Source: Heptranchias perlo (lineage: Eukaryota). Taken from it: DNA of 64,000 nt. Of the stretch, positions 10,777 to 25,165 are shown one piece after another. Position 1 is the first letter of the stretch. The number at the start of each line of letters is the position of its first letter. Location: contig NC_090334.1 of the NCBI RefSeq assembly GCF_035084215.1, positions 44,578,001-44,642,000 of the forward strand. The letters are read 5' to 3'. A program made the translations under genes and the position numbers. Below the pieces are notes generated by a model, which saw nothing but the letters and a program-made list of their open reading frames with translations, made no database searches and was not told the origin of the DNA.

Positions 10777-13700
10777 TGTTGGTTGAACTACCGAATGATT
10801 AAAAAAAATCTGCCGCCGAATAATCAAAAGAAACAATTTGTAGATAATCTATTTTACAGGTTTAGTCTTTAAGCAAAAAGGCTGCAAGGTGTTTTGTTCC
10901 AAAGTATAATAACTTTATTAAGAAGTTATAATAAGTAACAAAGATGTTAAAATACAAGGGTACAATTAAACGTATACAGCCTAACAAAGTCTATCACTGT
11001 CCCAGGCTTCGGGGCTGATCAAAACCGTACGGTCCCTGTACTATCAAGTTCTCCAGCTGCTCCGAGAAGGTTCTAATCAATACGAAGAAGCCCCCGACTT
11101 ATATACGTTTTAAACACAATTAGCTGTATATGAGCCTTCCATCAATCATCCCCTCTGGCTCATGGGGCTGCCATCAGTCCTACTCCCTTATACACACACA
11201 ACATCTGACTTTACCACCTCCTCATGGTCTTGGCGAATGTGTTTTCCATGGCACACTTCATATGTCCAGTAAGATTCAATTCTGTAAGACCAATGGCTCT
11301 GTTTGAAGAGTGACTCCAATAGCTCACCAGGCTGTAGGCCTTTGGAATCATTTCATCATCCTGGTCTCCGTTTCCAATGGCAATATACATTTGTATCTTT
11401 CATGTCCACTGTAGCCATTCTTGGGCTTTCAGATTATCTTATCAAAAGATCAGGAGGTGTCTGAGGTCTTTGCTTATCTCTCCATGCAGGGTCCCAATGT
11501 CTCAGGTTGAGGCCAGGCTATCAAATGAAGTTTTCTCATTGTTCGGTATAGGCAAGGACACAAATATCTCCAAAAGAAAGCTATCAATTAACTATTCTCA
11601 ACTACACTTTCCTGACTTTCACTAGATCGTACATTTATACCAGTTTGATATTTTTAGTAAATCATGCCCAGGTGATTAATTTTACTCATGGATGCACTCA
11701 AATATCTTTCCCTAACCCCTTTGGTTTGGTTCCTGAAATTCACTCATAATCATCTAGGGTGATGACCTAGACAAATTCCCATTTGGAGGTATAATTTCCC
11801 TGTTTCTGTCTCATATCCTCAATTACTTCCTCTCATCCAATTTTACACATCCCATTATATTACAATTCCATCTCATTCATGAGCCCTGGAGAAACTTTAC
11901 TGTCCAATGCAATATTTACAGTCTGGTCCAGTATCAATACATTTTTTTTTGTTTATTTTACTTAAATTCTTCTTGGACCGCTTTCATTTCCCAAAACATC
12001 CAGTTATATCGTGCCCGAGTCCATTCCATCAAATCAAAATTATCCCAATTCCAGAGAGCAGTGTTGTTGGACTGACAGGACTTGTCAATGTACAATTTTA
12101 TTTACCCCTCCCCCCAAAATACTTTCTTCCTTGATGCACAGCATTGGGCAGGAACCAGGACTCGACTTCTTTTATTTTAAAATATAATTTGTTTATCCAT
12201 TTTAAACTATGGGTAAATTTTCCCTTCTCGAGTGCTTGAACAGCAATTCATATCAATTTATCTTATCAATTCCAATTTCAGAAACAAATTATGTCCAGGC
12301 TTTGTGGTTTTATAGTAGAGACAGAAGTGCTTATAATTTCTTTTGGATATATCCTCCCCCGTCCTTTAAGCACTCTTGTCTCGGAAAATAAATGGATTAA
12401 AGCAAAACCGGTCAAAATGTTTTCAAAAGAGGAAAAGCAACTTGGATCAAGGCTGATGATTGCTTTTCCTTCCCTATGTAATTTTGAATTTTCAAAATCC
12501 AAGTCTTAGTTCTAAACGTCACCGTGCTGTGACATTTGATATCTGCCAATGTCTGCAGATAAGGTCTTAAATTCTTAACACCACTGGATCGCTCTGTAAC
12601 TTTGTGACGCCACTTTTATGTCAGAGAACTACTCTTGGTAATCCTGCATCATCAACACTCGTGCAGTCCTGAAAAGCATAGTCCCCTGCTTTAAAAGGAA
12701 AGAAAAACCGAAAATCCATCAAGGCTGCTCTTGTCAATTCATTAATAATCCCTTTAACTGAAACAAATCCAGAAAAACAAAACACGAGAGACTGCCTAGC
12801 TTCTCTGTTCTCTCTCTCTCTCTCGCAGACTGTCTGAAATTAACCCTGTCTATCCCACACACACATGTACATAGGACAGCTGACTTTGGAATTTCCAATG
12901 CCAAGTCCTCCTCTGTGTTTTTGATTGATTTCATTTATTCCCTCAAGTAAGGAGGGTTCAGAATGCTCAAACTCCCACTCACTGTTCATTTTATTAAAGG
13001 CCCATAGCCTGGGAATGACCTTCTGGAGTCGGTGGAAGCTGCCTCATTCTCCTCAACTTGCATATTGTCGTTGTCCATAAGCCATAAAAGGATTATAGGA
13101 ACGATGGCATGTGCCATTACGGTATCCTGTCCCTGCCACTTCTTTATCTGGTTAATATGTACGCACCTATCCCTTTTATCAGTCTGAATTTTGTATACAT
13201 ATTATCGAGAAGGCTCCTTCAAATCTGTTTGCCCACTTTTCTGTGACGTTGTTCACTTTCACCATCACCTTGTCCCCCACTTCAAGACCCTTAACATACG
13301 GACCGAACTTGTGCCGGCACTTATTGTTGTGGCCAATTGATAGGATCTCAACATGAGCGTGTGACCAGTGACGGGTTTACCTAAATTCCGCCCTGAGAGG
13401 GCGCTGCCTAGCCAAAGCGCTGGCAACCGCATCCGCCATCTAGTCATGACCTCGAACAGAGTATGTCCCGTCATGTGGGAAGGGGTCCCTCGAATTGCCA
13501 TTAGTATGAGCGGCAATACAAGATCCCAAGTCTTACCAGCCTCTCCTGCTGCCTTGATAACTTGCTGCTTAAGGGTACGATTCATTCCCTTGACCCACCC
13601 CAGCTGCCTGAGGGTTATGTGGAATGTGAAATTTTTGCCTGATTCCTAGGAGCCTTAATGTCGTCTCCTTCATGACCTGACTCAATAAGTACCTTTCCAG

Positions 13701-15700
13701 TTTGGGTAGCAGTGGCTTGTCTCTCAGGGATAGCCTCAACCCATTTAGATAAAAGTCAATTATAACCAAGACATACTGGTTACCCTTCTGAAACAGGCCA
13801 ATGTAATCAATCTGCAAATTTCTCCACGGGCCATCGGATGCTGCGACATAGCTGTGCCTCAGTTAGTAGCACTCTCGCCTCTGAGTCAGAAGGTTGTGGG
13901 TTCAAGTCCCACTCCAAAGACGTAATGCAGGCTGACCTCCAGTGCAGTTCTGAGGGAGTGCCACACTGTCGGAGGTGCCATCTTCTGGATGAGACATTAA
14001 AACAGAGGCCCCGTCTGTCCTCTCGGGTGGATATAAAAGATCCCATGGCACTATTTCGAAGAAGAGCAGGGGAGTTCTCCCCGATGCCCTTGCTGTGCGC
14101 AAATTGGCTGCCGCATTTCCTACATTACAACAGTGACTACGCTTCAAAAGTACTTAATTGGTTGTAAAGCTTTTTGGGACGTCCTGAGGTCATGAAAGGT
14201 GCTATATAAATTCAAGTCTTCCTTTATGACTAGGAGGAGTTTTAATTCTGGGTCCAGGGTCATACTGGGCAAACGTGAGGCAGTCATTAATAACGGCATT
14301 CACGGTCTGGTTCACAAGGTGGTGACCATGCATTCACAAGGCCACCACATCTGCCTTCTGTACTGTAAAATTGTCCCTTCTGTTAAAATCATCTCTGGGC
14401 CATGAGCCCTCACCTTTGATGGCCACCTGGACTGATTTAATCTAAGGGTCCTCACCCTGAAGAAAGGGGGGTGTTTCAATTTGAACTTATAAAAAAAAAA
14501 TCATTGTTTTTATCAAGAGACAATGAAACCGTTTGTACAGTAACTGCTCTTTCCACTTCAGAAAGCTGAGACTCAATCAGATTGTAATGCTAGAAGCTCA
14601 CAGTATCAGACCAACTTCTTAAAAAAAAAACCAAGTACAGTCCAAATACTTAACTTCAGCAACACAGAAGTAAGGATTAATTACTTCTTGCTTGTCAAAC
14701 CCTTAGGGGATGAGGGTGGAGTTAATCACCATAGCAGGTCTCAAATTTGCAGTAGCCAAATTAAGAAAACAGTGCTTTGTAAACGTTCAAATTGATTTAA
14801 AACCAAGACCTCGTGTCTTTAATTTAAACTGTATAAAGCAATAGCAGTTTTTAGCTGTAATCCAATTAAAACAAATAAGCATCTTTTAATTAAAAATGTA
14901 ACGCACACAAGTTTTCCTCATATCTCCCATCTTCTGAGGGCGCAATCTTAAATTGAAATGAACGTACTCAACAACCATATTCATACTTTCATGCACCTTT
15001 TAAAAAAAAATATTGAACTTTGCAATGGGTTATGAACTCAAAGTGCCAAATTTCATTTGATAATCCCAGGTCTCGATCCCAAGGAATATTCACACAGTTT
15101 AAATAGCTAGCTGTCCGTAGCGGCCAACCACAGAAAACTAATTTCATAATTTGATAATTTAATCAAACACTCAATCTGTCAATTACTCCAAATTAATTCA
15201 AAAACAAAGACTCAATATCTGAAAAATAATATGCTTATAGAAAAGATATTAATTAAAATGCTTAAAATATTCCATCAAAGACAAGACTACAGAGGGTTAA
15301 ACTGCTTTTAGTTCTGTGAAAAGAAAAGAGGGAGCAGCTGACACCAAAAACAAATATCAAGCAGACACATTTTTAAGAGAGACTTTCAAACAAGAAATGC
15401 TGCAGCTTGTTAAACATTCGTCATTCTTAATGTTAAATCATAAGCAAATTTCCACACTTTCGCACCATTTTAATTCTTGCTGTGAGCATTTAACTTCTTT
15501 CCCTTTTTTTTCTAATTTTTTTTACACCTCAAGTCGCCAGCCCAGGGTTTTAATGCCACTCTTTCACGACCTTTGTCTACTGTGAAACAACTGATGTTAA
15601 GCTCTTCTCCTCAACCTCAGTCAAAGTCTGACAGTTCTTAATTAATAAAGCACAAGTTCCTAATTTCTCCTGGATATGTTTCTTTGTTTTATCAACCAGA
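10777..15700 (-). mobile_element. Degraded LTR retroelement / endogenous retrovirus relic
   Basis: Integrase core on the minus strand ~13080-13830 (QIDYIG..YVLVIIDF; FHIPHNPQAAG..MNRTLK..WDLVLPLILMAIRGTP..TG). LTR-like segment from 10777 with terminal TGTTG, minus-strand TATATAA near 11100 and AATAAA near 10915. Outer limits uncertain. Confidence 0.65.
13849..14225 (+). mobile_element. tRNA-derived SINE (Deu-domain/SacSINE1-like, L2-type tail) inserted in the integrase relic
   Basis: A-box-like tgcctcagttag, B box ggttcaagtcc; tail ctacattacaacagtgactac...tatataaattcaagtctt recurs at 56240-56350. Confidence 0.85.
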
Positions 15701-15707
15701 GTTTTTC

Positions 15708-18700
15708 ATAGTATCATAATAGGTACAGCACAGGAGGAGGCCATTCAGCCCATCGTGCCTGTGCCGGCTCTTTAACAGAGCTGTCCAACTAGTTCCATTC
15801 CCCTTCTCTTTCCCCATAGCCCTGTAAATTTTTTCCCTTCAAGTATTTATCCAATTCCCTTTTGAAAGTTACCATTGAATCTGCTTCCACCACCTTTTCA
15901 GGCAGTGCATCCCAGATCATTACAACTCGCTGCGTTAAAAAAAATCTTTCCTCATATCACCTCTGGTTCTTTTGCCGATCACCTTTTAATCTGTGTCCTC
16001 TGGTTACCAACCTGACAGTTTCTCCTGTTTACTCTGTCAAAACCGTTCATGATTTTGCACACCTCTATCAAATCTCCCCTTAACATTGTTTGTTCTAAGG
16101 AGAACAACCCCAGCTTCTCCAGTCTCTCCACATAACTGAAGTCCCTCATCCCTGACACCAATCTAGTAAATCTCTTCTGCATCCTCTCCAAAGCCTTGAC
16201 ATCCTTCCTAAAGTGTGGTGCCCAGAATTGAACACAATACTCCAGCTGAGGCCTAACCAGTTTAACTGGTTTAACATAAAGGTTTAACATAACTTCCTTG
16301 CTTTTGTACTCTATGCCTCTAATAATAAAGCCCAAGATCCCATATGTTTTTTTAACAGTCTTCTCAACTTGTCCCGCCACCGTCAAAGATTTGTGTATGT
16401 GCACTCCCAGGTCTCTCTGTTCCTATTGTACCATTTAGTTTATATTCCTCTCCTCATTCCTCCTACCAAAATGCATCACTTTACACTTCTCTGCATTAAA
16501 TTTCATCTGCTATGTGTCTGCCCATTGCACCAGTCTGTCTCTGTCCTCCTGAAATCTGTTACTATCTTCCACATTGTTTACTACATTTCCGAGTTTTGTG
16601 TCATTTGCAAACTTTGAAATTATACCCAAGTCCAAGCCATTATTATATATCAAAAAAAAGCAGTGGTCCTAATACTGACCCCTGGGGAACACCACTGTAT
16701 ACATAAGTACATAAGAAATAGGAGCAGGAGTAGGCCATACGGCCCCTTGAGCCTGCTCCGTCATTCAATACGATTCATAGCTGATCTTCAACCTCAACTC
16801 CACTTTCCCGCCCTGTCCCCATATCCCTTGATTCCCTTAAGTGTCCAAATATCCATAGATCTCAGTCTTGAATATACTCAACAACTCAGCATCCACAGCC
16901 CTCTGGGGTAGAGAATTCCAAATATTCACGACCCTCTGAGTGAAGAAATTCCTCCTAAACTCATTCATAAATGTCCGACCCCTTATCCTGAGACTATGTC
17001 CTCTAGTTCTAGACTCCAGCCGGGAAAACACCTTCTCAACATCTACCCTGAGAGTATAGGCCCAATCTACTCGATCTGTCCTCATAGGACAACCCTCTCA
17101 TCCCAGGAACAAATCTAGTGAACCTTCATTGTACTGTCTCTAAGGCAAGTATATCCTTCCTTAGGTAAGGAGACCAAAACTGCACACGGTACTCCAGGTG
17201 TGGTCTCACCAAAGCCCTGTACAATTGCTCTTGTATTCCAACCCCCTTGAAATAAAGGCCAACATACCATTTGCCTTCCTAATTGCTTGCTGTATCTGCA
17301 TGTTAACTTTTTGTGTTTCATGTACAAGGACACCTAAATCCCTCTGAACAACAACATGTAATAGTTTCTCACCATTTATAAAATATCAGTTTTTCCATTT
17401 TTTCCTGCCGAAGTGTATAACCTCACATCTCCCCACGTTATACTCCATCTGCCACCTTCTTGCCCACTCATCTAACCTGTCGATATCCCTTTGCAGACTC
17501 TTTGCGTCCTCCTCACAGCTTACTTTCCCATCTAGCTTTGTATTGTCAGCAAACTTGGATACGTTACATTCAGTCCCTTCATCTAAGTCATTAATATAGA
17601 TTGTAAACAGCTGAGGTCCAAGCACCGATCCCTGCGGCACCCCACTAGTTACAACCTGCCAACCTGAAAATGGCCCGTTTATTTCTACTCTCTGTTTTCT
17701 GTCCATTAACCAATCCTCAATCCATGCTAATATATTACCCCCAATCCCATGAGCCCTAAACTTGTGTAACAAACTCTTGTGTGGCACTTTATCGAAAATC
17801 CAAATGTACTACGTCCACTGGTTCCCCCTTATCTACCCTGCTAGTTACACCCTCAAAAAACTCTAATCGATTTGTCAAAACATGATTTCCCTTTCATAAA
17901 ACTGTGTTGACTCTGCCGAATCATATTATAATTTTCTAAGTGCCATGTTACTACGTCCTTAATGATAGATTCTAGCATTTTCCCTACTACTGATTTCAGG
18001 CTAACTGGCCTATAGTTCCCTGTTTTCTCTCACCCTCCTTTCTTGAATAGTGGGGTTACATTTGCTATCTTCCAATCCACGATGATCGTTCTAGAATCTA
18101 GGGAATTCTGGAAGATCAAAACCAAAGCATCCACTATCTCTACGGCCACCTCTTTTAAAACCCTAGGACGTAGGCCACCAGGCCCAGGAGCTTTGTCAGT
18201 TTTTAGTCCCATTCATTTTTCTAAAACTTTTTCTTTACTAACCTTAATTACTTTAAGTTCCTCCCTCTCATTAGACCCTTGGTTCCCCACTATTTCTGGT
18301 ATTTTTTTGTGGCTTCTGTGCAAACAGATATAAAATATTTGTTTAATGTCTCCGCCATTTCCTTATTCCGCATTATAATTTCTCTTGTCTCAGCCTCTAA
18401 GGGACCCATGTTTATTTTTGCTAATCTCTCCTTTTTTTATATACTTGTAGAAGCTCTTACAATCTGTTTTTATATTTCTTGCTAATTTAATCTCATATTC
18501 AATTTTCTCCCTCTTTATCAATTTCTTGGTCATCCTTTGCTGATTTCTAAAAACCCTCCCAATCCTCAGGCGTACTACATTTTTTAGCAACATTGTAAGC
18601 CTCCTCTTTTAATCTAATACTCCCCTTAACTTCTCTAGTTAGCCACGGTTGGATCACTTTTCCTGTGGAGGTTTTATTCCTCAAGGGTATGTATATTCGT

Positions 18701-21700
18701 TGGGAATTATGAATTATTTCTTTAAATGTCCACCTACCTGCTGTCGTGATACTCCCCTCCAGTCTGAAAAACAATCGTTCACCACTACTCTGCTTTCTGC
18801 CCCTTAGCCAATTTTGTATTCAAGCTGCCACTGTCCCTTTAATCCCAAGAGCTTTAATTATGCTAACAAGTCTATTATGTGGTACTTTATTAAATGCCTT
18901 TTCCAAGTCCATATACCCTCTCTGTTACTTCATCAAAGAACTCAATCAAGTTAGTCAAACACGATTTTCCTTTAACAAACCCGTGCTGACTTTCATTTAT
19001 TAGCCCATACTTTTGCAAGTGCCAATTTATTTTATCCTGGATTATTTGTAAAAGTTTCCCAGGCTGGCTGGCCTGTAATTGCCGGGTTTATCCCGCTTCC
19101 CCCTTTTTGTACAGGGTTATAACATTTGGAATCCTCCAGTCCTCCAGCACCATCCCCACATCTGAGGAAGATTGGAAGACTGTGGCCAGAGCCTCTGCAA
19201 TTTCCACCCTTACTTCCCTTGGTAACCTAATATGCATCCCATCTGGACCGGGCACTTTTCTACCTAGAGTGCTGCCAATTTTTTGAGTACGTCCTCTTTA
19301 TTTTTATTCTATCCAATATCGCTGCTACCTTCCCCTTTACTGCTACAATGGCAGCATCCTCTTCTCTAGTGAGAACAGATGCAGAGTACTCTTTAGTGCC
19401 TCAGCCATGCACTTTGCCTCCACAAGAAGATCTCCTTTTTTGTTCCTGATCGATCCCATGGTTCCTTTGCCTACCTTTTTACTATTTATATGTTTATAAA
19501 AAAATTTTGGGTTCCCTTTTGTGTTAGCCGCTAATCTATTCTCATACCTTCTCTTTATTCCTCTTATTCCCTTTTTTAGATCTCCTCTGTACTTTCTGTA
19601 TTCAGCCTGGTTCTTTACTGTATTATGAACCTTACATTCGTCATAAGCCTCCTTTTATCTGTTTCATTTTAATCTCAGTATCTTTAGTCATTCAGGGAGC
19701 TCTAGCTTTGGATGCCCTTCCTTTCCCCCTCGTAGGGATGTATCTACTCTGTACCCGAACCAACTCCTTGAAGGCCTCCCATTGTTCAATTACTGTTTTG
19801 CCTACCAGTTTTTGATTTCAATCCACCTGGGCAAGATCCCTTTGTAACTCACTGAAATTTGCCCTCCTCCAGTTAAGCATTTTCACATTTGATTGTTCCT
19901 TGTCCTTTTCCATAATTATTCTAAACCTAATGATATTATGATCACTGTTCCCCAAATGCTCCCCCACTGAAACATGCTCCATCTGCTCCACTTCATTCCC
20001 CAGAACTAGATCCAGCATTGTTCCCTTCCTGGTTGGGCTGGAAACACACTGTTCCAGAAAGTTCTTTTGAACATATTTCAGGAACGCCTCCCTCTCTTTG
20101 CCCTTTACACTGTTACTGTCCCAGTCTATATTGGGATAATTACAGTCCCCCATTATCACTACTCTATATAGTTCTTGCATCTTTCTGTAATTTGCCTGCA
20201 AATGTACTCCTCTATCTCCTTCCCACTATTTGGTGGCCTATAGTACACACCCAGTAGTGTAATAGGTCCTCTATTGTTTCTTAATTCTAACTAAATAGAT
20301 TCTGTCTTTGACCCCTCAACTACATTGTCCCTTTCCAGTGCTATAATAGTTTCTTTGGGCAATACTATCACGCCCCCACCTTTCTTTCCTTCCCTGTCTT
20401 TCCTGAATACCTTGTAGCCAGGACTATTAAGTACCCAATCCCTCCCTTCTTTGAGCCAGGTCTCTGTTATTGCCACTAAATCATCGTCCCATGTGGTGAC
20501 TCGAGCCTGCAGCTCACCAACCTTATTTACCATGCTACGTGCATTTACGCACATGCACTCCAATCTCATAGATTGCCTCGCATTTGCCCCCTGTCTGAAC
20601 CCCCCCCCTCCATTTCTGATCTGTTCTTTACTCTAGTGCTACTTGTCCCTCCCAATCCTCTGGGCACTTTGTTTTTCCTCTCTAATGTTTCATCTTATTG
20701 CCCAGGCCCCGGCCAAATTAGTTTAAACCCTCCCCCACAGCACTAGTTAACCTCTCTGTGAGGACATTGGTCCCAGCTCTGTTGAGGTGCAATCCGTCCA
20801 TCTTGAACAGATCCCTCCTGCCCCAGAACTGGTCCCAATGCCCTAGGAATCTGAAGCCCTCCCTCCTGCACCATTGCTGCAGCCACTCGTTAACTTGTCT
20901 TATCCTACTATTCCTATACTCATGAGCGCGTGGCACTGCGAGTAATCCAGAGGTTACTACCTTTTGAGGTCCTGCTTTTTAACTTCCACCCCAGCTCCTG
21001 AAATACTGACTGCAAGACCTCGACCATTTTCTTATGTCATTGGTTCCCACATGGAACACGACTTTGGGCTGTTCCCCTTCCTTCCTCAAAATGTCCTGCA
21101 CCCTCTCAATAAACCATGCGTGACGCACGTTGGCGGTTGCAGAAATGCCTGTCTGTCCCCCTGACTATCGAATCCCCTATAACAACTGCATTTCTTTTGT
21201 CCCCCTGTGCAGCTGAATCTCCCATGGTGCCGTGGATTTGCTCCTGACTGCACTACCCCGAGGTGTTAACACCTTCACTGGTATTCAACGCTGAATACTG
21301 GTTTGTGAGTGCCACACTCCCGGGGGACTCCTGCACTGTGCCTGCCTATTCCTCCTAATGTGTCTGGTGGCCATCCACTCCCTCTCAGCCTGAACTCTCT
21401 GTAGCTGCGGGGTGACCACCACCTGAAACGTGCTTTCCATGAAACTCTCAGCTTTCCGTGTGCCAGCCACCCCATAAGCTCAAATTCTGAGCTCGAACAT
21501 TTGGTGGCATTTCCTGTGCATGTGGTTCTCCAGGACACACAAAGCATTCTGGAGCTCCCACATGGCACAGGATGTGCATGTGACGGGCCCCAGGTATCCT
21601 GCCATGTTAGCTAACAGTTACTTAAACTTTGTTTAACTTTAAGGCACTTTACTGTTTATCTGTCATTAAAACACTAACCAATGAACTAAATACTTACTGA

Positions 21701-21780
21701 CTTACACTCGGCACTCCTCCTTGCCTTGTTTTGATTCCTCGTGCGGCTCCCTTTATGCTCTGCTCGGTCTTAGTCTATCG
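15708..21780 (-). mobile_element. Near full-length CR1 LINE (ORF1 SGNH-esterase-like, APE endonuclease, RT), interrupted by a second CR1
   Basis: ORF1 FKMDGLHLNRAGT (20718-20936); endonuclease CVNARSMVNK..AITETWL (20291-20569) and IMGDCNYPNIDW; 3' end LEYCVQFWAPH (15979-16404); sequence resumes across 16703-18747. Confidence 0.9.
16703..18747 (-). mobile_element. 5'-truncated CR1 LINE of a second subfamily nested in the previous CR1
   Basis: Tail ataagtacataagaaataggagcagg; RT GVPQGSVLGPQLFTIYINDLDEG..KFADNTK (17386-17787). Confidence 0.9.
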
Positions 21781-22799
21781 TGCTTTGGTTTAACTCACTT
21801 AGCACCTCCTTCCCCCTCTGCACCCAATTCCTAGTTGAATGTTCTCGCTCTGTTTTAGCCTCTAACGGAGTGAAGCGCTATCACTGTCTTTCCCAACCTC
21901 TGCTCAAGCTCTGGTGGTTCTACCATCTTTCCATGACTATTAATCTCATCTGCCATGGCTACACACTCCCCTTTTTTAAAAAAAAAAATTGAAATAAACC
22001 ATGAGCCCGTGCGAGGATCTGTGGCCACGTCAACCAACCCACCCCTCAAATCCGTGAGTTAAACAACCCACCGCCGTACCGCCCCTGGACCATTGCACAG
22101 GTCTCCCATGACCCAAAACGCGTGATCCCAACTTTGCCCATTTAATATGTACAATATAGTCATGGTGGAAGACCATATAATGTTAACTTGTCCAGAGTGA
22201 TGTCAAATGATTTCAAATGAAAGTGATCAAAGGCACAGGTTGAGTTCATAGCATAGGCAAGATGATAACCAGTGGAATTAAAAACTAAACTGCTGATTGT
22301 GGATGAAAGCAGAACTTTAAATATGATGATTAATTTAAGATTCAACAAAATCTTGCAAAACTTTAGAAAGTGCAGACATTTGGGCAATAGTTGAAGCGTA
22401 CGGTAGGATCATTTTTAGGGATAGGATGAACGAGTGAATTTCCAAAAAGAGAAGGTGGACTAGGAGTAAGAGACTGAAGTAAACGCATTGCACAGGTCTA
22501 TATTTGGAAATGTACATCTTAACTACAATCTATGATATATTTAAAAATGAAAGGTGGGATGCCACGTTTCATGTATTATTCGTCACACAGGTAGGTGTTG
22601 CTGTGATAAGATGCCACAGTTAAAATGTAACATTACGGCCAGAAATACAAACTACAGCTCAATCCTGGGTATTAAGATCCACGCAATTGTACACACTGAC
22701 CAGTGGGTGGTTAATTATGCATTTCAACGTAATTTTCTCTTTCTAATTCTTGATCAGTGAGCTGGATCCTTGAGTCTGTCAACAGAACAGTTACCTACA

Positions 22800-23135
22800 G
22801 AAACCTGTCTCTCTTTCCTGCCCCCTCCTCCGCATAGCTCCCTTGCCTTTTCACCTTCCCTCATTTCTCTTCCCCAATGGTCCTCTTCACCCTCCCCTCC
22901 ATTTTCTCCAACTCCATTTCTCTATCCCCTCCCCATCTCTCCTCTTTCCATATCCATCCTCGTGTATCGTGTCTCTCTCTCTCTCTCTCTCCCCCTTCCC
23001 CTCCTCTATCCCACCTTACCACCTCCATCTTCCCTTGTTTTCCCTCTCCTCTCACCATCTTTATCTCCATCTCTCCCTCCTCTTGTTATCGCCATCTCTA
23101 TCTGCTGTCTCCCGTTCCCTGCCCTCCGACCTTGT
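22800..23135. repeat. Polypyrimidine (CT-rich) low-complexity tract
   Basis: Almost exclusively C/T on the + strand, including (CT)n. Confidence 0.85.
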
Positions 23136-23400
23136 TTGATCTAAGTACTTCACTAGGTCTTGACTCTGTATGCAACGCCACAGGAGATCAACTGGTAGAT
23201 ACTAATGACTTATCATAGATAATAAGTGCACCATCCGTTAAATTAATTACAATGTCAAATTGGTTAAAGTTCTTGTGAAGAAGAATATCACTGGTCAAAA
23301 TAGACCTTCAACATAGCTTCTGTAAAAGTGATTAAAGTAGTAATGCACAGTCAACAAGAACAGATTTTTTTTAACTGGAAGGCAAGTTGTGCCACGTCTT

Positions 23401-25055
23401 GGGGGGAAAATTGGTTAAGGGTCCGTTCTGGGCGACGGTAGCGTGATGCGTGACCACCCCGCGCCGAACGGACCCTGGGCAAACAAGACCGGTGTACCTT
23501 TCTAGCCTTGCACGTGGAATTAATGCAGTTTGCACTTTCCACCACCAGAGGGAGCTCCATCTCTTAAAGGGAGGATGTTTTTTTAGAAATCTCTTAAAGG
23601 TAGCTTGTACCTGTTATTTGATGAAAATAACAGTCTACTGTCTGCACGGAGTCTGAACAGAGATCAGACATCACACACGTAAAACACAGATGCAGATCCC
23701 ATTCCTATGTTTACACACATGAGTTATGTTAAAATATTGAATATAAGTTGCGCATTACTAAATCCCACATCCTCCAATCTGCACACCAGACCTCACCTAT
23801 CTGCCAATCTGAGTTGGTACCAGGCCTGTGAGAGTGCATGCACCAAGGTTCTCTGCTGATGCACTAGAGACCTTGGGTGCAAGAGGTGGACAGAAGGAGG
23901 GACATCCTATATCTGTATTGGGTTGGGGGTGGGGGGGGGCGGCGGCGGCGGCAAGAGGCCCTCCAGACATATACTCAAAAGACAGTGGGAGGCAGCGGGG
24001 GATGAAGTCAATGCCAGGCGCACAGCATCATGAACATGGATGCAGTGCAGGAAGAAGTTCAATGCTTTGACATGAGTGATCAAGGTGAGTGAGGTCAAGT
24101 GTCAAGTGGCGTCTCATACCAACTGCACCATGCACTACACCCCCCCCCCCCCCCCCATCACCCACATACCAATAAACTCTTTCCATCAGTACTCAACTCT
24201 TCCAATCAGATGCTTCTTCCCACCCTTACACATTACCACTGTTTCAAGCCGCCCACCTACACCTCACGGGCCACACACACTGGCAGCTATTCAACCATGA
24301 CAGGCACATCACCCAGACACATGTCCTGCTTTCTTGCAGGAGAAGGTGGTGCATATCAAGAGGCAGCAAGTGGCAGTGGCATTTAGCCCCTCGAGCCTGT
24401 TCCACCATTCAGTGAGATCATGGTTGATCTGTGACCTAACTCCATATACCCGCCTTAGCCCCATATGCCTTAATACCCTTGGTTCACCGAAATCTATCAA
24501 TCTCTGATTTAACATTCACAGTTGAGCTAGCATCAACTGCCTTCTGCAGAAGAGCCTTCCAAATGTCTCCCACCATTTGCGTGTAGAAGCATTTCCTAAC
24601 TTCACTCCTGCACGTCCTGGCTCTAAATGTTAGACTATGTCCCCGTGTCCTAGTATTGAAGTCTAGGAGACTTCCAAAAACAGTTACAAATGTCTCGGTG
24701 GCCAGAGGCAATAATCCAGCCACTAACCTGTAAATCCTGCATGGTCCCTTTAAATAGTGCCGGTGGGGGGTCCTCCAGGCACTCTAAGACACGTTCAGAC
24801 GGTCGGGGTTAAGACTGTGCATTGAGTTGAGCGTTAAGTCCCAAAATGGTGTCTATCACTTTAAATCAGCGTTGTACACTGAAGCCATTTTCTCCCTGCT
24901 TTACATGATTCCAGCATTCGGGGTTCCTATACCAAGACGGTGTCTGGCGCACGTCACGCAGGAAACGTGCGTGCGCATCCGAGACGCCATCTTGGATGTC
25001 GGTGGGGCCGTGTAGCGCTGAAACAACGGGCGCCACACGGCCCAATTTAGTGCCT
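23401..25055 (+). mobile_element. Harbinger/PIF-type DNA transposon relic with a Myb/SANT-like gene remnant; CR1 tail inserted at ~24380-24655
   Basis: Imperfect termini GGGGGGAAAATTGG / CCAATTTAGTGCC; frameshifted APRFSADALE...QWEA..DEVNAR...WMQCRKKFNAL followed by donor gtgagt at ~24085. Confidence 0.7.
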
Positions 25056-25165
25056 CTTATGTCTTACCACGTCATGCAAAAAATAAACATTAATATAGCT
25101 TTTTATTAACTCATTTTACTTCATTTTATTTACTTAAACCCAAATATTTGTTTTCTTCTTCCCAG

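Noticed and set aside
13849-13920. tRNA gene
   Set aside because: The A/B boxes continue into a SINE body and LINE-type tail; no complete cloverleaf
15110-15130. Possible primer-binding site (minus strand TGGTTGGCCGCTACGG); another candidate near 22125-22140
   Set aside because: Only loose similarity to tRNA 3' ends and no adjacent matching LTR could be seen
22770-23218. Pro/Ser/Leu-rich ORFs
   Set aside because: Artefacts of a CT-rich low-complexity tract; the same applies to 55844-56292
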